DNA of 64,000 nucleotides. Source: Nitrosopumilaceae archaeon. GTDB lineage: Archaea; Thermoproteota; Nitrososphaeria; Nitrososphaerales; Nitrosopumilaceae. Every line of letters begins with the position of its first letter. Within the stretch, counting starts at the first letter, position 1. Shown here piece after piece: positions 5,384 through 15,983 of this stretch. The stretch lies in NCBI GenBank assembly GCA_965209085.1, contig OZ242376.1, positions 1,312,001 to 1,376,000 on the forward strand, in the 5' to 3' direction. Below the pieces are notes generated by a model. The model saw nothing but the letters and a program-made list of their open reading frames with translations. It was not told the DNA's origin and did no database searches. The translations under genes and the position numbers were made by a program.

Positions 5384-7413
5384 ACTCCGGGAGGCGGTAT
5401 TTTATCAGGTTCTGTAAGAGTGTCTTTTTTGTGCTTTAATGCTGCAAAGATTACGATAATCAGAGCTGCCCATAGTACTGAAATTATGATGTTTGAAATG
5501 CTCACATATGTATACGGTATTGCATCAAGTATGTGATCGGATATTTCCTGGGATCGTGCTTTCATATCCAACATTCCGGTATTGTACGCAGAGCTGTCCG
5601 CAGATATGGTTGCAAGAATTTGTACGCTTGAGAGCATTGTGTCAAGATCCCGCTGCATTCTCGCATAGTTTGTAGTCTCCGTAGGGAATATCCACACAGG
5701 GTTGCCGTCTCTTGGAAGATTACTCTTTATGGACAAAATATACTCTTGAATGTCCTGCGGGTCAGAGCTTGCAGATATTGCATCCAAAAGTCCTCGAGAC
5801 AGATCCAGGGGGTATACCTGCGAGGAGTATCCAATGTAGGCAGTTATCCCTCCGGCCACTATGAGTGCAAGGATGCCAGATAATGCAATTTTGTATGTAA
5901 TATTTGCCATTCTTTGCTCCCTGGAAATTGGTGCATTTAGCTTTGATTTATTTGTTTTAAAACGCGAATGAGAGATGCTCATTATTGCAATATACAAAAA
6001 TCCGATGGTTGGAATCAGTATTACTGGGACAAATGACGGATTGTTGGAGTATATTGCAATCATAACGCCGAATATTCCGTAAATGCCAAAGAATATTTCA
6101 AGCAGGGTCGTCTTTGTGAACGGCAAATTGTAGGCTTTATCGTCCCATTTGTCGGATTTTTTTAGTATGCCGTATTTTGGAGTGCGCAGAAATTCGTTTT
6201 TTTTGCCAAAAATGGCATCAAATACGGCCACAGTGTTGTTTACGGACAGCCCCGCATTGTATATTATAAGATACGGCAGCTGTTGCAGTTTTGAGGGCCA
6301 GGATTTGCCGTACATTTTTTGTATAATCAGGGCGTATGCAAAAGGACCCATTGCAATGTACGTGGCAAGAGTCACGGCGGGAAGATAGCTTACGATGTAC
6401 AGATTTACCTCTGAGGCAAGCAGGATTGGAAGTGTAAGAAACTGCAGCAGTATCAGCGGGAATACGATATGGCGCGTAAGCTGGATAAACGCCTGTATTT
6501 TTGTATCAACTTGTATTTTTCTTTTTACGGCAATACTTGCTCCCTGTTTTATGGCGCACTGTATGGATCCTTTTGCCCATCGAAACTGCTGCCTTTTTAC
6601 TGCATTCATTTGCACCGGCAGTTCAGCATCAACTACAATATCCGGTAAAAATATGCATTCCCATCCGCGCATCTGTGCACGGTAGCTTAGATCAAGATCT
6701 TCAACCAATGTTGTAGAATGCCAGCCGCCTGAATCCTCTATGCAGTTGCGCCGCCACACGCCAGCTGTTCCGTTAAAATTCATAAATAAATGCGAATGAC
6801 TCTTTGCTTTCTGCTCTATAAGAAAATGAAAGTCCAAGCTCATCGCCTGCGCCTGCGTTATGGAAGAATAGTTTTCATTTGCATGTCCCCACCGGCACTG
6901 GATAAATCCAATGTTTGGTTTTGAAAAATGTGGCAGTACGCGCTTTAGAAACCACGGTTTTGGCATAAAGTCCGCATCAAATATGGCCACAAAATCCGTG
7001 TTTGTCATACTCATGGCGTATTTTAACGCCCCCGCCTTGTAACCGGACCGCGTTGGGCGCCGGACATGCTCTATACGGAATCCCAATTCACGGTATTTTT
7101 TTACAAGATTTGCGACAAGTTCCACGGTATCATCATCAGAATCATCTAGCACCATGATTCTCATCTGCTCTTTTGGATAATCTATTTTACATACTGCATC
7201 AATCAGCCTTGTTGCAACGTATTTTTCATTATATATTGGAAGATGTATCGTAACTGAATCAGCTTTGAATGCCACAACGCTCAAGTTTACAATACGGCGT
7301 GAAGAGAGCAGGACAAGATAGTAAAAATTCAGCGTATACATTGTGATTACAAGTGCGGATACGAGAAAAAGATTGAAAATGGCTCCCATGAACGGATTTA
7401 AGACGATTTCCAT
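5380..7413 (-). CDS. GT2 family glycosyltransferase (cellulose synthase-like), membrane
   Basis: DDSDD, KAGAL, FDADF, LVEDLD and QQFRW motifs; multiple TM helices. Confidence 0.92.
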   Translation of the reverse strand: MEIVLNPFMGAIFNLFLVSALVITMYTLNFYYLVLLSSRRIVNLSVVAFKADSVTIHLPIYNEKYVATRLIDAVCKIDYPKEQMRIMVLDDSDDDTVELVANLVKKYRELGFRIEHVRRPTRSGYKAGALKYAMSMTNTDFVAIFDADFMPKPWFLKRVLPHFSKPNIGFIQCRWGHANENYSSITQAQAMSLDFHFLIEQKAKSHSHLFMNFNGTAGVWRRNCIEDSGGWHSTTLVEDLDLSYRAQMRGWECIFLPDIVVDAELPVQMNAVKRQQFRWAKGSIQCAIKQGASIAVKRKIQVDTKIQAFIQLTRHIVFPLILLQFLTLPILLASEVNLYIVSYLPAVTLATYIAMGPFAYALIIQKMYGKSWPSKLQQLPYLIIYNAGLSVNNTVAVFDAIFGKKNEFLRTPKYGILKKSDKWDDKAYNLPFTKTTLLEIFFGIYGIFGVMIAIYSNNPSFVPVILIPTIGFLYIAIMSISHSRFKTNKSKLNAPISREQRMANITYKIALSGILALIVAGGITAYIGYSSQVYPLDLSRGLLDAISASSDPQDIQEYILSIKSNLPRDGNPVWIFPTETTNYARMQRDLDTMLSSVQILATISADSSAYNTGMLDMKARSQEISDHILDAIPYTYVSISNIIISVLWAALIIVIFAALKHKKDTLTEPDKIPPPGV

Positions 7414-7453
7414 TTAACATGCATGCTGTATTTTGCTATTTATATTTAGATAG

Positions 7454-8407
7454 TTATGAGATTTCGAATATTTTTATCGCCTTTGGAGGGCATACGACCT
7501 CGCATGCAAGGCAGAATATGCAGTCAGGCTCCTTTGACATTAGGGGTTTTTTATCAGATGCTACGTTGCCCGGCGTGTCAAACCATTCGTACACGTCTAC
7601 AGGACATGAGTCTATGCATGCCCCGTCTGCAACACAGATATCAAAGTCTACGGAAACAAATTCCCCCCATACGCCCATTATTGCATTATCCTCGCCTTTA
7701 CGTCCCCAGGTTTTTATTTTATTAGAGCTGTCGGCAACTGCAAAAGGCGATGATGCCGGCATGTGGGATTTGTATTCCACATCAATTGGTCCAGGTTTTG
7801 CCCCGTCCGGTATTTCAACTGCAGTCTCCTCAGATGGTGCAGAACCGGCAATCTGCGGGGCTGCAGCCAATTTTGGTTTGGGTTTTGCATTTAACACAAT
7901 TTTTGCCAGCGGAGTCATCTCTTCTAGCCTATCCAATGCCTGCTGGGCGGAAATTTTTTCAGTTTTTACCAAAGATGCTGCCATTTTGTCTGCAAGTATT
8001 GTATTGCGTAATATGGTATCAATTATCATTTTTGCATAATGATCCGCTTTTTTACGGTATTCTGTAACCCACTGCGAATCGCCAAAATGTTCAATTGGAA
8101 ATATCTGATAAATTATATCCACGACTTCACCGGTTACAATCTCCACGGTAACTGAAAGATCCGCACGTTTGTATTCAGAATCAGTCGTCTCCTCCACCCA
8201 CCTGTATGTTGCATAAATTCTGTCAGCATACATGTCCATCTCGAATGTTTTTTTCAGACCATCGTGTATTGAGGTAATCTCTGCAGGATCGTCAAGTTTT
8301 ATCGGGAGGCGGTATAGGCCAAGCTTGTATCCGTGTAATGGATATACTCCGCGTTTTGCAGTGGGGGCTTCCATTGTGTATACTCGGTCTTTAAGTAGTA
8401 GCGACAA
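7454..8407 (-). CDS. Ferredoxin-domain protein (C-terminal dicluster Fe-S)
   Basis: CVADGACIDSCP and CIFCLACEVVCP motifs. Confidence 0.88.
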   Translation of the reverse strand: MSLLLKDRVYTMEAPTAKRGVYPLHGYKLGLYRLPIKLDDPAEITSIHDGLKKTFEMDMYADRIYATYRWVEETTDSEYKRADLSVTVEIVTGEVVDIIYQIFPIEHFGDSQWVTEYRKKADHYAKMIIDTILRNTILADKMAASLVKTEKISAQQALDRLEEMTPLAKIVLNAKPKPKLAAAPQIAGSAPSEETAVEIPDGAKPGPIDVEYKSHMPASSPFAVADSSNKIKTWGRKGEDNAIMGVWGEFVSVDFDICVADGACIDSCPVDVYEWFDTPGNVASDKKPLMSKEPDCIFCLACEVVCPPKAIKIFEIS

Positions 8408-8555
8408 CTAGGTTTGGGTTATAACTAGTCATTAAAAGTCTTTTTGGTTTTTTACATGAGATCATTGAATTTAGCCCCACTTGCAGTGCTCTTTGGGGAT
8501 TGTATTTTCGCAAAATACCACCGTTTTTAAGGTAATGTGGAATGTTTTGTTTTGG

Positions 8556-9371
8556 TTGAAGCTTCGAAAAGTGGCCATCATAAGTAAATTTGGATCAGTG
8601 GACTCTGAAAAGGCGTCCATAAAAGTGGCAAAGGTCTTTTTGGCCAAAAAAATTGCAGTCTATACAGTCTCCCCCGCATCCGTTCCAGGAACAAAGACTG
8701 TAGAGGCCACAGAGGATTTGAGAAAAGAAAAGCTGGATTTGGTAGTAACGCTTGGTGGCGATGGCACCACGCTGAGGGCGTTTAGGGGACTTGGCAATGA
8801 GACGCCAATGTTGGCAGTAAATGTCGGAGGAAACAGGGGAATACTCTCAGAGATAACCATGGATGGAATGAACAATGCCATAAAACAGATAGAGTCTGGC
8901 AATATTATACTTGAAAAGCGCATACGTGTTGTGGCATCATTTGACGGCAAGGAATTTGCGCCGGCGCTAAATGAAATACTCGTGCAGAGAAAAAACCTGA
9001 CAAAAACCGCAGAGTTTGCCATAAAGTTTCAAAATGACAAGGTAAAACAAAAGATGGACGGTGTTATAATAGCCACACCAAGCGGTTCCACAGGACATTC
9101 TCTCTCCCTTGGAGGACCCATACTGCACGAGAGTCTTGATGTGCTAATCATAACCCCCATAGCTCCAGTATACAGGCTTGAGTCCATCGTAGTGCCGGAT
9201 GAAAAGATCGAAGTGCAGTGTTCTCATGATTGTAATATAGTTATGGACGCACAGGTTGTGGTTTCTGCAGGATTTGGTGAAAAGATAACAATAACGAAGT
9301 TTAAAAAACCCGCAGTTTTTGTAAGATTGAAAAAACGTGGTTTGCGGCAGATGAGTAAGCTTGGCTTTTAG
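8556..9371 (+). CDS. nadK: NAD(+) kinase
   Basis: LGGDGT, LNE and DGVIIATPSGSTGHSLSLGG motifs; start taken at TTG8556 (ORF open from 8481). Confidence 0.92.
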   Translation: MKLRKVAIISKFGSVDSEKASIKVAKVFLAKKIAVYTVSPASVPGTKTVEATEDLRKEKLDLVVTLGGDGTTLRAFRGLGNETPMLAVNVGGNRGILSEITMDGMNNAIKQIESGNIILEKRIRVVASFDGKEFAPALNEILVQRKNLTKTAEFAIKFQNDKVKQKMDGVIIATPSGSTGHSLSLGGPILHESLDVLIITPIAPVYRLESIVVPDEKIEVQCSHDCNIVMDAQVVVSAGFGEKITITKFKKPAVFVRLKKRGLRQMSKLGF

Positions 9372-9846
9372 AATACTTGACGCAAGTGCGTTTTACGCAG
9401 GCGTTCCGTTTGGATCCACTGAAAAATATTATACTAGTACGCAGATATTTGACGAGATCAGCCACATAAAGGAAAAACACGGCGCCATTGACTTGCTGCT
9501 TGGGACTGGGAGATTGGATGTAAGGCAGGCAAATGAGAAATCACTAGAGGTGGTAAAAAAAGCATCAGTTGAATCCGGAGACGCGCAGACACTCTCCAAG
9601 AGTGACATCTCACTGCTAGCTTTGGGATATGAAATGAAAGGTGAGATTGTAACTGACGATTATGCCGTATCAAATGTGGCAAAAAGACTCAACATTGTAG
9701 TGCTGCCTGTTATGACCGGAGGCATAAAAGATACCGGAAGATGGATCAGATACTGCTCTGGGTGCTCTAAAGAATTTTCAACAGAAAAGATATGTCCCCA
9801 ATGCGGCAATCCGTTAAAGAAAAAATTACTCAAGCGGGAGACCTAG
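9361..9846 (+). CDS. nob1: NOB1 family PIN-domain endonuclease
   Basis: ILDASAF, LSKSD and TDDYAVSN motifs; C-terminal CxxC...CPxCG Zn ribbon. Confidence 0.9.
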   Translation: MAFRILDASAFYAGVPFGSTEKYYTSTQIFDEISHIKEKHGAIDLLLGTGRLDVRQANEKSLEVVKKASVESGDAQTLSKSDISLLALGYEMKGEIVTDDYAVSNVAKRLNIVVLPVMTGGIKDTGRWIRYCSGCSKEFSTEKICPQCGNPLKKKLLKRET

Positions 9847-10590
9847 GCCTCTCCACTGGACAAAAGAGCCATCATACAGGCGCACTTTTTCAAATCCGGC
9901 TAGACGAAGCTGGTAGAAAAGGCTAGAGGCGCGGGTTCCATGCATGCAATAGCAGACAAGTTCCTTATCGCGCGGAATATTGGAAAATATTTTTTCAAGT
10001 TTTTCTGAATCCATAAAATGCATGCCAGCATCCCCAAGTCCGCTCGTATGCGGCATTAAAACGGCACCTGGCAGATGACCTGCCGAATATTCGGGCATGC
10101 TGCGCGCATCAATTACGTACGAGTCCGAGGATTGGATGAATTTTGCATCAACTAGCATAGAGTTATCAGGATTTGATTCAAATTTTGCAAAAGTGACATC
10201 TTTTACAATCTCTGACATTTTTATCCCGTTTTTTCGAAGCAGTGCAATGCTCTCCTGTATGCAATATACGTCGCTATGCCCTGCATACTCTAGAGCCCAC
10301 GCGATTCGCGCCATTGCCGGATCCGTATAGTCGCCTGCCAAAACCACCGGACGCGCAGAATCAATGCCCATGCTTGCAAACGCTGCGGCAGCCTTTGCAG
10401 GATCCAGTGCAAGGTGAGCTCCAAATTCCCCCTCTGTAATGACGTTTTGTATTGTAATTACAACAGAATTTTCCAAACGGCCGCTACGCGCAAACATCTT
10501 CATGCGCGTATCCACAAGTATCGGATTTTTACCGGATTCTTGCATTTGTACGTATTTTTCATACGGCACTAGTTTCACAAACTGCGGCAC
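9826..10590 (-). CDS. Tandem rhodanese-domain sulfurtransferase
   Basis: IDARS..EY..GHLPGA, YCMHGTRA and LYDGSFVQW motifs. Confidence 0.88.
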   Translation of the reverse strand: MPQFVKLVPYEKYVQMQESGKNPILVDTRMKMFARSGRLENSVVITIQNVITEGEFGAHLALDPAKAAAAFASMGIDSARPVVLAGDYTDPAMARIAWALEYAGHSDVYCIQESIALLRKNGIKMSEIVKDVTFAKFESNPDNSMLVDAKFIQSSDSYVIDARSMPEYSAGHLPGAVLMPHTSGLGDAGMHFMDSEKLEKIFSNIPRDKELVCYCMHGTRASSLFYQLRLAGFEKVRLYDGSFVQWRGLGLPLE

Positions 10591-10606
10591 CGTTAGCCCC
10601 TATTTG

Positions 10607-11290
10607 TCAGCTTAGCTTTTTCTGCCCGGTTTTTTTATGACTTGTACTTTTGGAGCCTATCATTTTGCGTATTTTTTTGGCACGGGCGGATCCTAGTCCC
10701 TCTGTGCGCACAAGCTCCGAGTACGAGGCTGTCATTACCTTCAACGGAGTGCCAAAACGTTCAAGCAGTCTTGCGGCAAGCTTTGGACCCACTCCTGGCA
10801 GGCTAGCTAGAACGGACATTTGTTGTGATGAGACGTTGACGGATTTTTTTATTTTTTTAATGTACGGACCCTGCGGAAGGCTGCCTTTGCTTGCACACAT
10901 TGAAAGCAACAGTTTTGCAGTGTGCGCCGCACTCGGAGTTGGAATTATTGGAATTTTAAACTCCATTGCAACAGCTGCCAATGCCCCGTAAAATACCAGA
11001 GGGTTTTCGGTTATTTTTTCAACATCATCTATGTTACCTTCTATAATCATAACCGGGTTTTTGTAATTTTTGCACAAACGGGCGCATTGATCAAAGAGCC
11101 TGCCATCAAAGACTGATGAGACAAGATCCTTCATGCTTTTGCGCTCCACTGCAGTTTCTGGCGATACAATATAATCGCCCACAGGGAGTGTCCGTATTTC
11201 AGCGTCAAGACCTATGCTTTGCAAAAGTTTTGGTATTCCACTTTTGCGTTCCCTATCGTCAATTACTATGCGCAGTTTGGAAATGTTCAC
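10607..11290 (-). CDS. xpf: ERCC4/XPF-type nuclease with HhH
   Basis: IDDRE and GDY...ERKS..DL motifs; HhH LPGVGPKLA. Confidence 0.9.
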   Translation of the reverse strand: MNISKLRIVIDDRERKSGIPKLLQSIGLDAEIRTLPVGDYIVSPETAVERKSMKDLVSSVFDGRLFDQCARLCKNYKNPVMIIEGNIDDVEKITENPLVFYGALAAVAMEFKIPIIPTPSAAHTAKLLLSMCASKGSLPQGPYIKKIKKSVNVSSQQMSVLASLPGVGPKLAARLLERFGTPLKVMTASYSELVRTEGLGSARAKKIRKMIGSKSTSHKKTGQKKLS

Positions 11291-11316
11291 AGATAACGCA
11301 CGTACAACATGCTTGC

Positions 11317-11706
11317 TTAAGTCTTGTTTGGAGGCGGGGCAAGACCGGCATCTTTTTTGCCGCTTACCATTTCACTAATCTTGGCATCCTGCTCTTTGAG
11401 GCTCTCCTGCAAACGGGCTTCCTGTTTTTCCATAACGGTAATGCGCGTTTTGGCAAGCTCGCGGCGCTCGTTGAGATCTTCAATGGATGCAGTTTTGTTT
11501 GACTGCACAAGTATTGAACCGGCGTGTTTGAATACAGCATCAGTGTCTGAAGCTTTTCCCAGCTCCTCTAGTGCCTTTTCAATTTCGGCGCTTTCAATCA
11601 TTATCTGCTGTTTATGCGCTAAAATGTTCTGCAGGTTTTGCTGTGTTTTTTGCAGTTTTTGAAGCTGTTCTCTCAGCCAAGGGGGCACATTTTGCGGCGC
11701 AGACAT
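11317..11706 (-). CDS. pfdB: Prefoldin beta subunit
   Basis: Coiled coils flanking VFKHAGSILV; conserved superoperon position. Confidence 0.92.
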   Translation of the reverse strand: MSAPQNVPPWLREQLQKLQKTQQNLQNILAHKQQIMIESAEIEKALEELGKASDTDAVFKHAGSILVQSNKTASIEDLNERRELAKTRITVMEKQEARLQESLKEQDAKISEMVSGKKDAGLAPPPNKT

Positions 11707-11729
11707 GCATAACCAGAATTGCTGATTTC

Positions 11730-11963
11730 TTATATGTCTAGTGATTTTTCACAGACGCGTAAAAGTCCAAGAAGCGAGTTTACGTTTGCCCTCAAATGTG
11801 GCAAACTTTCAGAGTGTACGGTTATATCCAAAGAACCATCGTATGAAATGTCAGTATCGGAAGGATTTTCAGGATAAAATTCATTGTCAGTCTTTATGGA
11901 TTCGTATATGGCCCGCGTCCGCTCACCAGCATCCGCTTTAATGTGCGCCTCAAATCTTGACAT
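11730..11963 (-). CDS. pcc1: KEOPS complex subunit Pcc1
   Basis: LRANVNSLL motif; located between rpl37ae and pfdB. Confidence 0.85.
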   Translation of the reverse strand: MSRFEAHIKADAGERTRAIYESIKTDNEFYPENPSDTDISYDGSLDITVHSESLPHLRANVNSLLGLLRVCEKSLDI

Positions 11964-12159
11964 CGTATGCGGTTCCGGCTATTTTGTATGCGCATTTTTT
12001 GCAGGTCCACACGCCCACTGCCACACGGCCAAATGATTTAGAACCGCATTTTGGGCAGGGTCTAACTTCCTTTAAGAGATGGTGGATTTTTGTATATTGT
12101 TTGCGCAGTTTAATTCCATATCTTGCGCCAAGTCCTGCAAGTGATTTTCTGCGCGCCAT
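11950..12159 (-). CDS. rpl37ae: 50S ribosomal protein L37Ae
   Basis: GARYGIKLRK, CPKCG and GVWTCKKC motifs. Confidence 0.93.
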   Translation of the reverse strand: MARRKSLAGLGARYGIKLRKQYTKIHHLLKEVRPCPKCGSKSFGRVAVGVWTCKKCAYKIAGTAYDVKI

Positions 12160-12978
12160 TTAGAGATCATTCCTGCCGGTAGCCTTGCGTATCATATCAC
12201 GCACCTTTTTCCCGGTTTTTATGGACATTTCTGCACACACTTCTAGCTGTTTTTGTGTAAATCCGGCATTGCCGCCTTTTTGCATGGCGCAAATATTTTC
12301 ATCAGAATTTGTGACAATTGTCACGCGCGCATCCATTGATTCCCATTCGTCTCCGTTTGGATCAATTATAATGTGATCTTTGATGCGTGCCATTGTTATT
12401 GAAACTGGCACCGTTTGAACCGGAGTTGGCTCTTCTGCGCCATCTACAAGCTGCGGCACATCATCAACCATCTCCCATTTTGGCATCTTTGATGAGAGTA
12501 TGGCGCACGCTGATGCATACGAGCATGCATCAAAGAGATTGCCGTCATGGTCGATCACGCTGTTGTCTGCAAAGATGCCCACCACTGAAACATTTTTTTT
12601 GATTACAAGTTTGGAGACATCCAAGGTTCCACTCTCGCGTATTCCCCTGTCCACAACACGGGCCAGCTCTATCACGGTAGGGGTTGGAGGTCCAGGTTCT
12701 GCCGTATGGTGTGCAATTGGAAGAATTTCTGCCGTGCAGATAAGCATGCCCTTGTCGCCTGAATCCGGATAAGGTCTGTCAGGCTGTATTTTTACGCCTG
12801 TAACCACGTGTGTATATCCCAAAAGAACGCGTGCAGAACCGTTAGCTTTTGGTATTACCCCAGTCTCCAGGACAAGTTTGCGCTGTTCTTCAAGACCGCG
12901 TCCGTCAATGCGTTTGTCCTGCTCTAAGAGCGTTGCAATCTGTTTGCGTTTTAGCTGATCAATAACTGATTTTTGCAC
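12160..12978 (-). CDS. rrp42: Exosome complex component Rrp42
   Basis: RIDGR, ELARVVDRGIRES and DGNLFDA motifs. Confidence 0.95.
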   Translation of the reverse strand: MQKSVIDQLKRKQIATLLEQDKRIDGRGLEEQRKLVLETGVIPKANGSARVLLGYTHVVTGVKIQPDRPYPDSGDKGMLICTAEILPIAHHTAEPGPPTPTVIELARVVDRGIRESGTLDVSKLVIKKNVSVVGIFADNSVIDHDGNLFDACSYASACAILSSKMPKWEMVDDVPQLVDGAEEPTPVQTVPVSITMARIKDHIIIDPNGDEWESMDARVTIVTNSDENICAMQKGGNAGFTQKQLEVCAEMSIKTGKKVRDMIRKATGRNDL

Positions 12979-13715
12979 TAGCTAGAACCCCCATTTGCAA
13001 AGTATTTTGCGTGCAGTGCTTTTTTCTGCTCCTCGTATGCAAGTTTGCATCCAATTATGGCCGTGTCTAGGCATTTTTTATATTCATCAAAACTAAGAAC
13101 ACCGTCTAGCTGTACCAATGTTACGCGGTCAAGGTTTGGCATGTATCCTACAGGCATGTCTGCCTGTCCTGCCTGATCCTCTTCGTTGTTTACATCCAAT
13201 ACGATAGTATCTGCAACCTTGCCGGCAGCGCACGCACACACCATGTCGCGCATTGGAATTCCAGCATCAGCTAGTGCAACAGATGCAGCATCCAGTGCTG
13301 CACAGCGTGTTCCACCGTCTGCCTGTAAAACTTCGATATAGACGTCTACTGCGGTACGCGGGAATTTTTCAAGCATTACCGCCGGCAAAAGTGCCTCTTT
13401 GATTACTTTGGATATTTCAATTTCACGTCTAGACGGCGCGGGGTTTTTTCTCTCACCCACAGAAAACGGCGTCATGTGGTATCTGCACCTTAGAATACCC
13501 GTGTCAGAATCTGACATGTGCTTTGGATGTACGTCGCGCGGACCGTACACTCCGGCCAGTATTTTATTGTCGCCAAATTCAATGTATGCTGAACCGTTTG
13601 CATTTCGCAAAACGCCAGCCTGTATGGATATGCGGCGCGTTTCGTTCACTTTACGGCCATCACACCGTATGCCGTTTTCGTCCATTAGTACAAGTTTTGA
13701 TTCTCTGCCGCCCAT
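12978..13715 (-). CDS. rrp41: Exosome complex exonuclease Rrp41
   Basis: RNase PH fold motifs PSRREIEIS and LQADGGTR. Confidence 0.96.
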   Translation of the reverse strand: MGGRESKLVLMDENGIRCDGRKVNETRRISIQAGVLRNANGSAYIEFGDNKILAGVYGPRDVHPKHMSDSDTGILRCRYHMTPFSVGERKNPAPSRREIEISKVIKEALLPAVMLEKFPRTAVDVYIEVLQADGGTRCAALDAASVALADAGIPMRDMVCACAAGKVADTIVLDVNNEEDQAGQADMPVGYMPNLDRVTLVQLDGVLSFDEYKKCLDTAIIGCKLAYEEQKKALHAKYFANGGSS

Positions 13716-13724
13716 TATTTACAC

Positions 13725-14396
13725 CTAGGATTCAAGCATGGACTTGACCTTGTCCGTAAGGTTTGACATGTGGGCATTATCATCTATCATTTTAATCGCT
13801 TTTTTAGCCTTTAATAACCCATCCGCATCTTTTGCATCAATTACTATTCTGCCGTTTTGTCCGGCCGTTATCATACAGCCTGATGACTCTTCTATCATTT
13901 GTATCATTGATCCTCGTTTTCCTATCAGACGCGGTATCTTGCTGCTAGACATGGATACAAGGTCTCCAGTGTCAATTTTCCCCAAATCACGGTCAGAGAC
14001 TGTAATTAACGGATCGCGCGTACGATCAAAGTTTGCAATTCGTGCCGCAACCATGTCGCCTTTGATTAGTTTTGATGCCAATGCATCAGCACTAGCGGTG
14101 AAATCGCGCCCAAATATGTCGCTTGCAGGCAAAAATCCAACATAACAGGAATTAATGTCAACTTCCCAAGAAAGTGACGTATGTGAGATGACCTTTCCGA
14201 CCACCATGTCATCCACCTTTGGAAAGTACATTCCGGTCAGCGGCAGTACGCGGACTGCATCATCGTATATCTCAGAGGTTCCAACAATCGTAGAGGATAT
14301 GTTTTTGCCGTCAAATATCACATTTTCCTCCGGACGCATAGGTCTTGAAGTTATTACCTCGCCTGGGAGCACATGTTTGCGCATCTCATCGCTCAT
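13725..14396 (-). CDS. rrp4: Exosome RNA-binding protein Rrp4
   Basis: S1 + KH domains (PRLIGKRGSMI, GQNGRI). Confidence 0.95.
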   Translation of the reverse strand: MSDEMRKHVLPGEVITSRPMRPEENVIFDGKNISSTIVGTSEIYDDAVRVLPLTGMYFPKVDDMVVGKVISHTSLSWEVDINSCYVGFLPASDIFGRDFTASADALASKLIKGDMVAARIANFDRTRDPLITVSDRDLGKIDTGDLVSMSSSKIPRLIGKRGSMIQMIEESSGCMITAGQNGRIVIDAKDADGLLKAKKAIKMIDDNAHMSNLTDKVKSMLES

Positions 14397-15079
14397 GAAA
14401 CCATCTCGGCTGTTGCCGTACCCTTTGTTACCGAACCTAATTTATCCAACATGACCGGTCTTCTTGCCGCAGCTATTTCTAGTATTGCTTTAAGCGAACC
14501 GTTTGATAACCATTCTTCTTTTTTTAGTGTGCCTGAAGATTTTAAAACCGAATAAGACTGGGCCGCGTATTGGGCCGGCACCGTAATAACAAGATCAATG
14601 TTTTCAGATTTTAATGGAATTATTCCCCGCAGTCCGTCCACAATGTCTTTTATCTGATCGTCTGCGCTTTTTTGCGGATCTATTGTAATGCGGGCATCAG
14701 TCATCGCCTGTTCTATGCGCAAAGGAGGATGCGGCAGATGGGATCTTGGATCAACGTACGTTTTTGCAATATGATCTATAATCTGTTTTCTTTTCTCATC
14801 CACCATCTTGCGGCGCTGCGCCGTGGTAAGATTTAGATCCCCTTTTTTGAGTATAATTTCGGCAATTTTTGCAGGATCGTCGGTCTTGAACGCTTTTACA
14901 AGCGCATCATCGGAGGGTTTGTTTCCCTTGCCCGAATCCGTATAGATATCCTCAGATATTAGAACCGATGATATGTCCGTGCGTTTTCCAAGTTTGAATT
15001 CCAGCGCTTGATCCGGTTTTACTAGTATCTCAAATTTTTTACCCTCGTATGAAAATCTAGCCGTAGTCGTTTCTACCAT
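14393..15079 (-). CDS. sdo1: Ribosome assembly factor SBDS
   Basis: KFEILV and DPRSHLPHPPLRIEQAM motifs. Confidence 0.93.
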   Translation of the reverse strand: MVETTTARFSYEGKKFEILVKPDQALEFKLGKRTDISSVLISEDIYTDSGKGNKPSDDALVKAFKTDDPAKIAEIILKKGDLNLTTAQRRKMVDEKRKQIIDHIAKTYVDPRSHLPHPPLRIEQAMTDARITIDPQKSADDQIKDIVDGLRGIIPLKSENIDLVITVPAQYAAQSYSVLKSSGTLKKEEWLSNGSLKAILEIAAARRPVMLDKLGSVTKGTATAEMVS

Positions 15080-15343
15080 GTGTGTCAGTATGTTTTTGGT
15101 TATTTATCTAGGTTATGATATGCTCTCAGATTATAGGCGCGCTAGGATGGCTCCACTTGCCAATTTTACAGATTTGTGGGCAATTATTGCATGCGTCAGG
15201 TTGTTCTGCGGTTTGCCAGCATTTGCTTTTGCGCCATAATTTGGCGTGTTTTTGCCCGTATTGGGCAAGGGTAAAAAAGATAAAACACATTCAGATTAGG
15301 TTTGAATTTTGATTGTGCCATGATGCGGAATTTTTATCCGCAT

Positions 15344-15982
15344 TTAATTTTCATATACAATGCGCGCAATCTGTTTGCATATCTGCGGTTTTTCCCCAAG
15401 TTTCAAACAATATTTTACATCATCCATAGAATCAATATCTGCCATCACCCTCCGCTGATATACGAGCATGGGATTCAAACCATGTTTGCGCGCCTCATCC
15501 ATGTGCATACGGTAGCTTCCCTCATCGTATCTTGTCAGCATAAAGTCAGGGGGGGAGCGCAGTAGTGCGTTTGTTCCATCAAGCAATCGCGATGGAACGA
15601 CTGTAACATACGGCGGTTTGCCGGACAAACGTACAAGCTCGTCCACATCAGATGGCATCAAAAGTGGAATATCCTGCGGCACCACAAGCAGGCAGTCAAA
15701 CCCGCCGGCGGCACAGTGTTTTGCACCCAACGCCACCGCCTCGTTTACTCCGGATTCAGAATCATCGCGTATTATTTCCGCTCCAAATTCCAAAGCTGCT
15801 AATTCTGCTGCAGGTTCTTTTGAGACTATGACAATAGAGCTTACAGCAGATGATTTATCCAATGCCCCTAAAACTTCGTGCAGCATCAAAGTGCACAAAG
15901 CGGCGGTTTTATCACCTCCAAGTCCGAGCCGAGATTTTGCCCGCTCAAAAGTCTTCACAGGAACAATTGCTGCAACTTTCAA
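15344..15982 (-). CDS. cofC: 2-phospho-L-lactate guanylyltransferase
   Basis: VPVK...AKSRL, DIPL, GTNAL and DID motifs; adjacent to cofD. Confidence 0.92.
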   Translation of the reverse strand: MKVAAIVPVKTFERAKSRLGLGGDKTAALCTLMLHEVLGALDKSSAVSSIVIVSKEPAAELAALEFGAEIIRDDSESGVNEAVALGAKHCAAGGFDCLLVVPQDIPLLMPSDVDELVRLSGKPPYVTVVPSRLLDGTNALLRSPPDFMLTRYDEGSYRMHMDEARKHGLNPMLVYQRRVMADIDSMDDVKYCLKLGEKPQICKQIARIVYEN

Positions 15983-15983
15983 C

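Noticed and set aside
15115-15340. Short ORFs and small hairpins between SBDS and cofC
   Set aside because: No protein motif or tRNA-like structure; the hairpins are only 5-7 bp.
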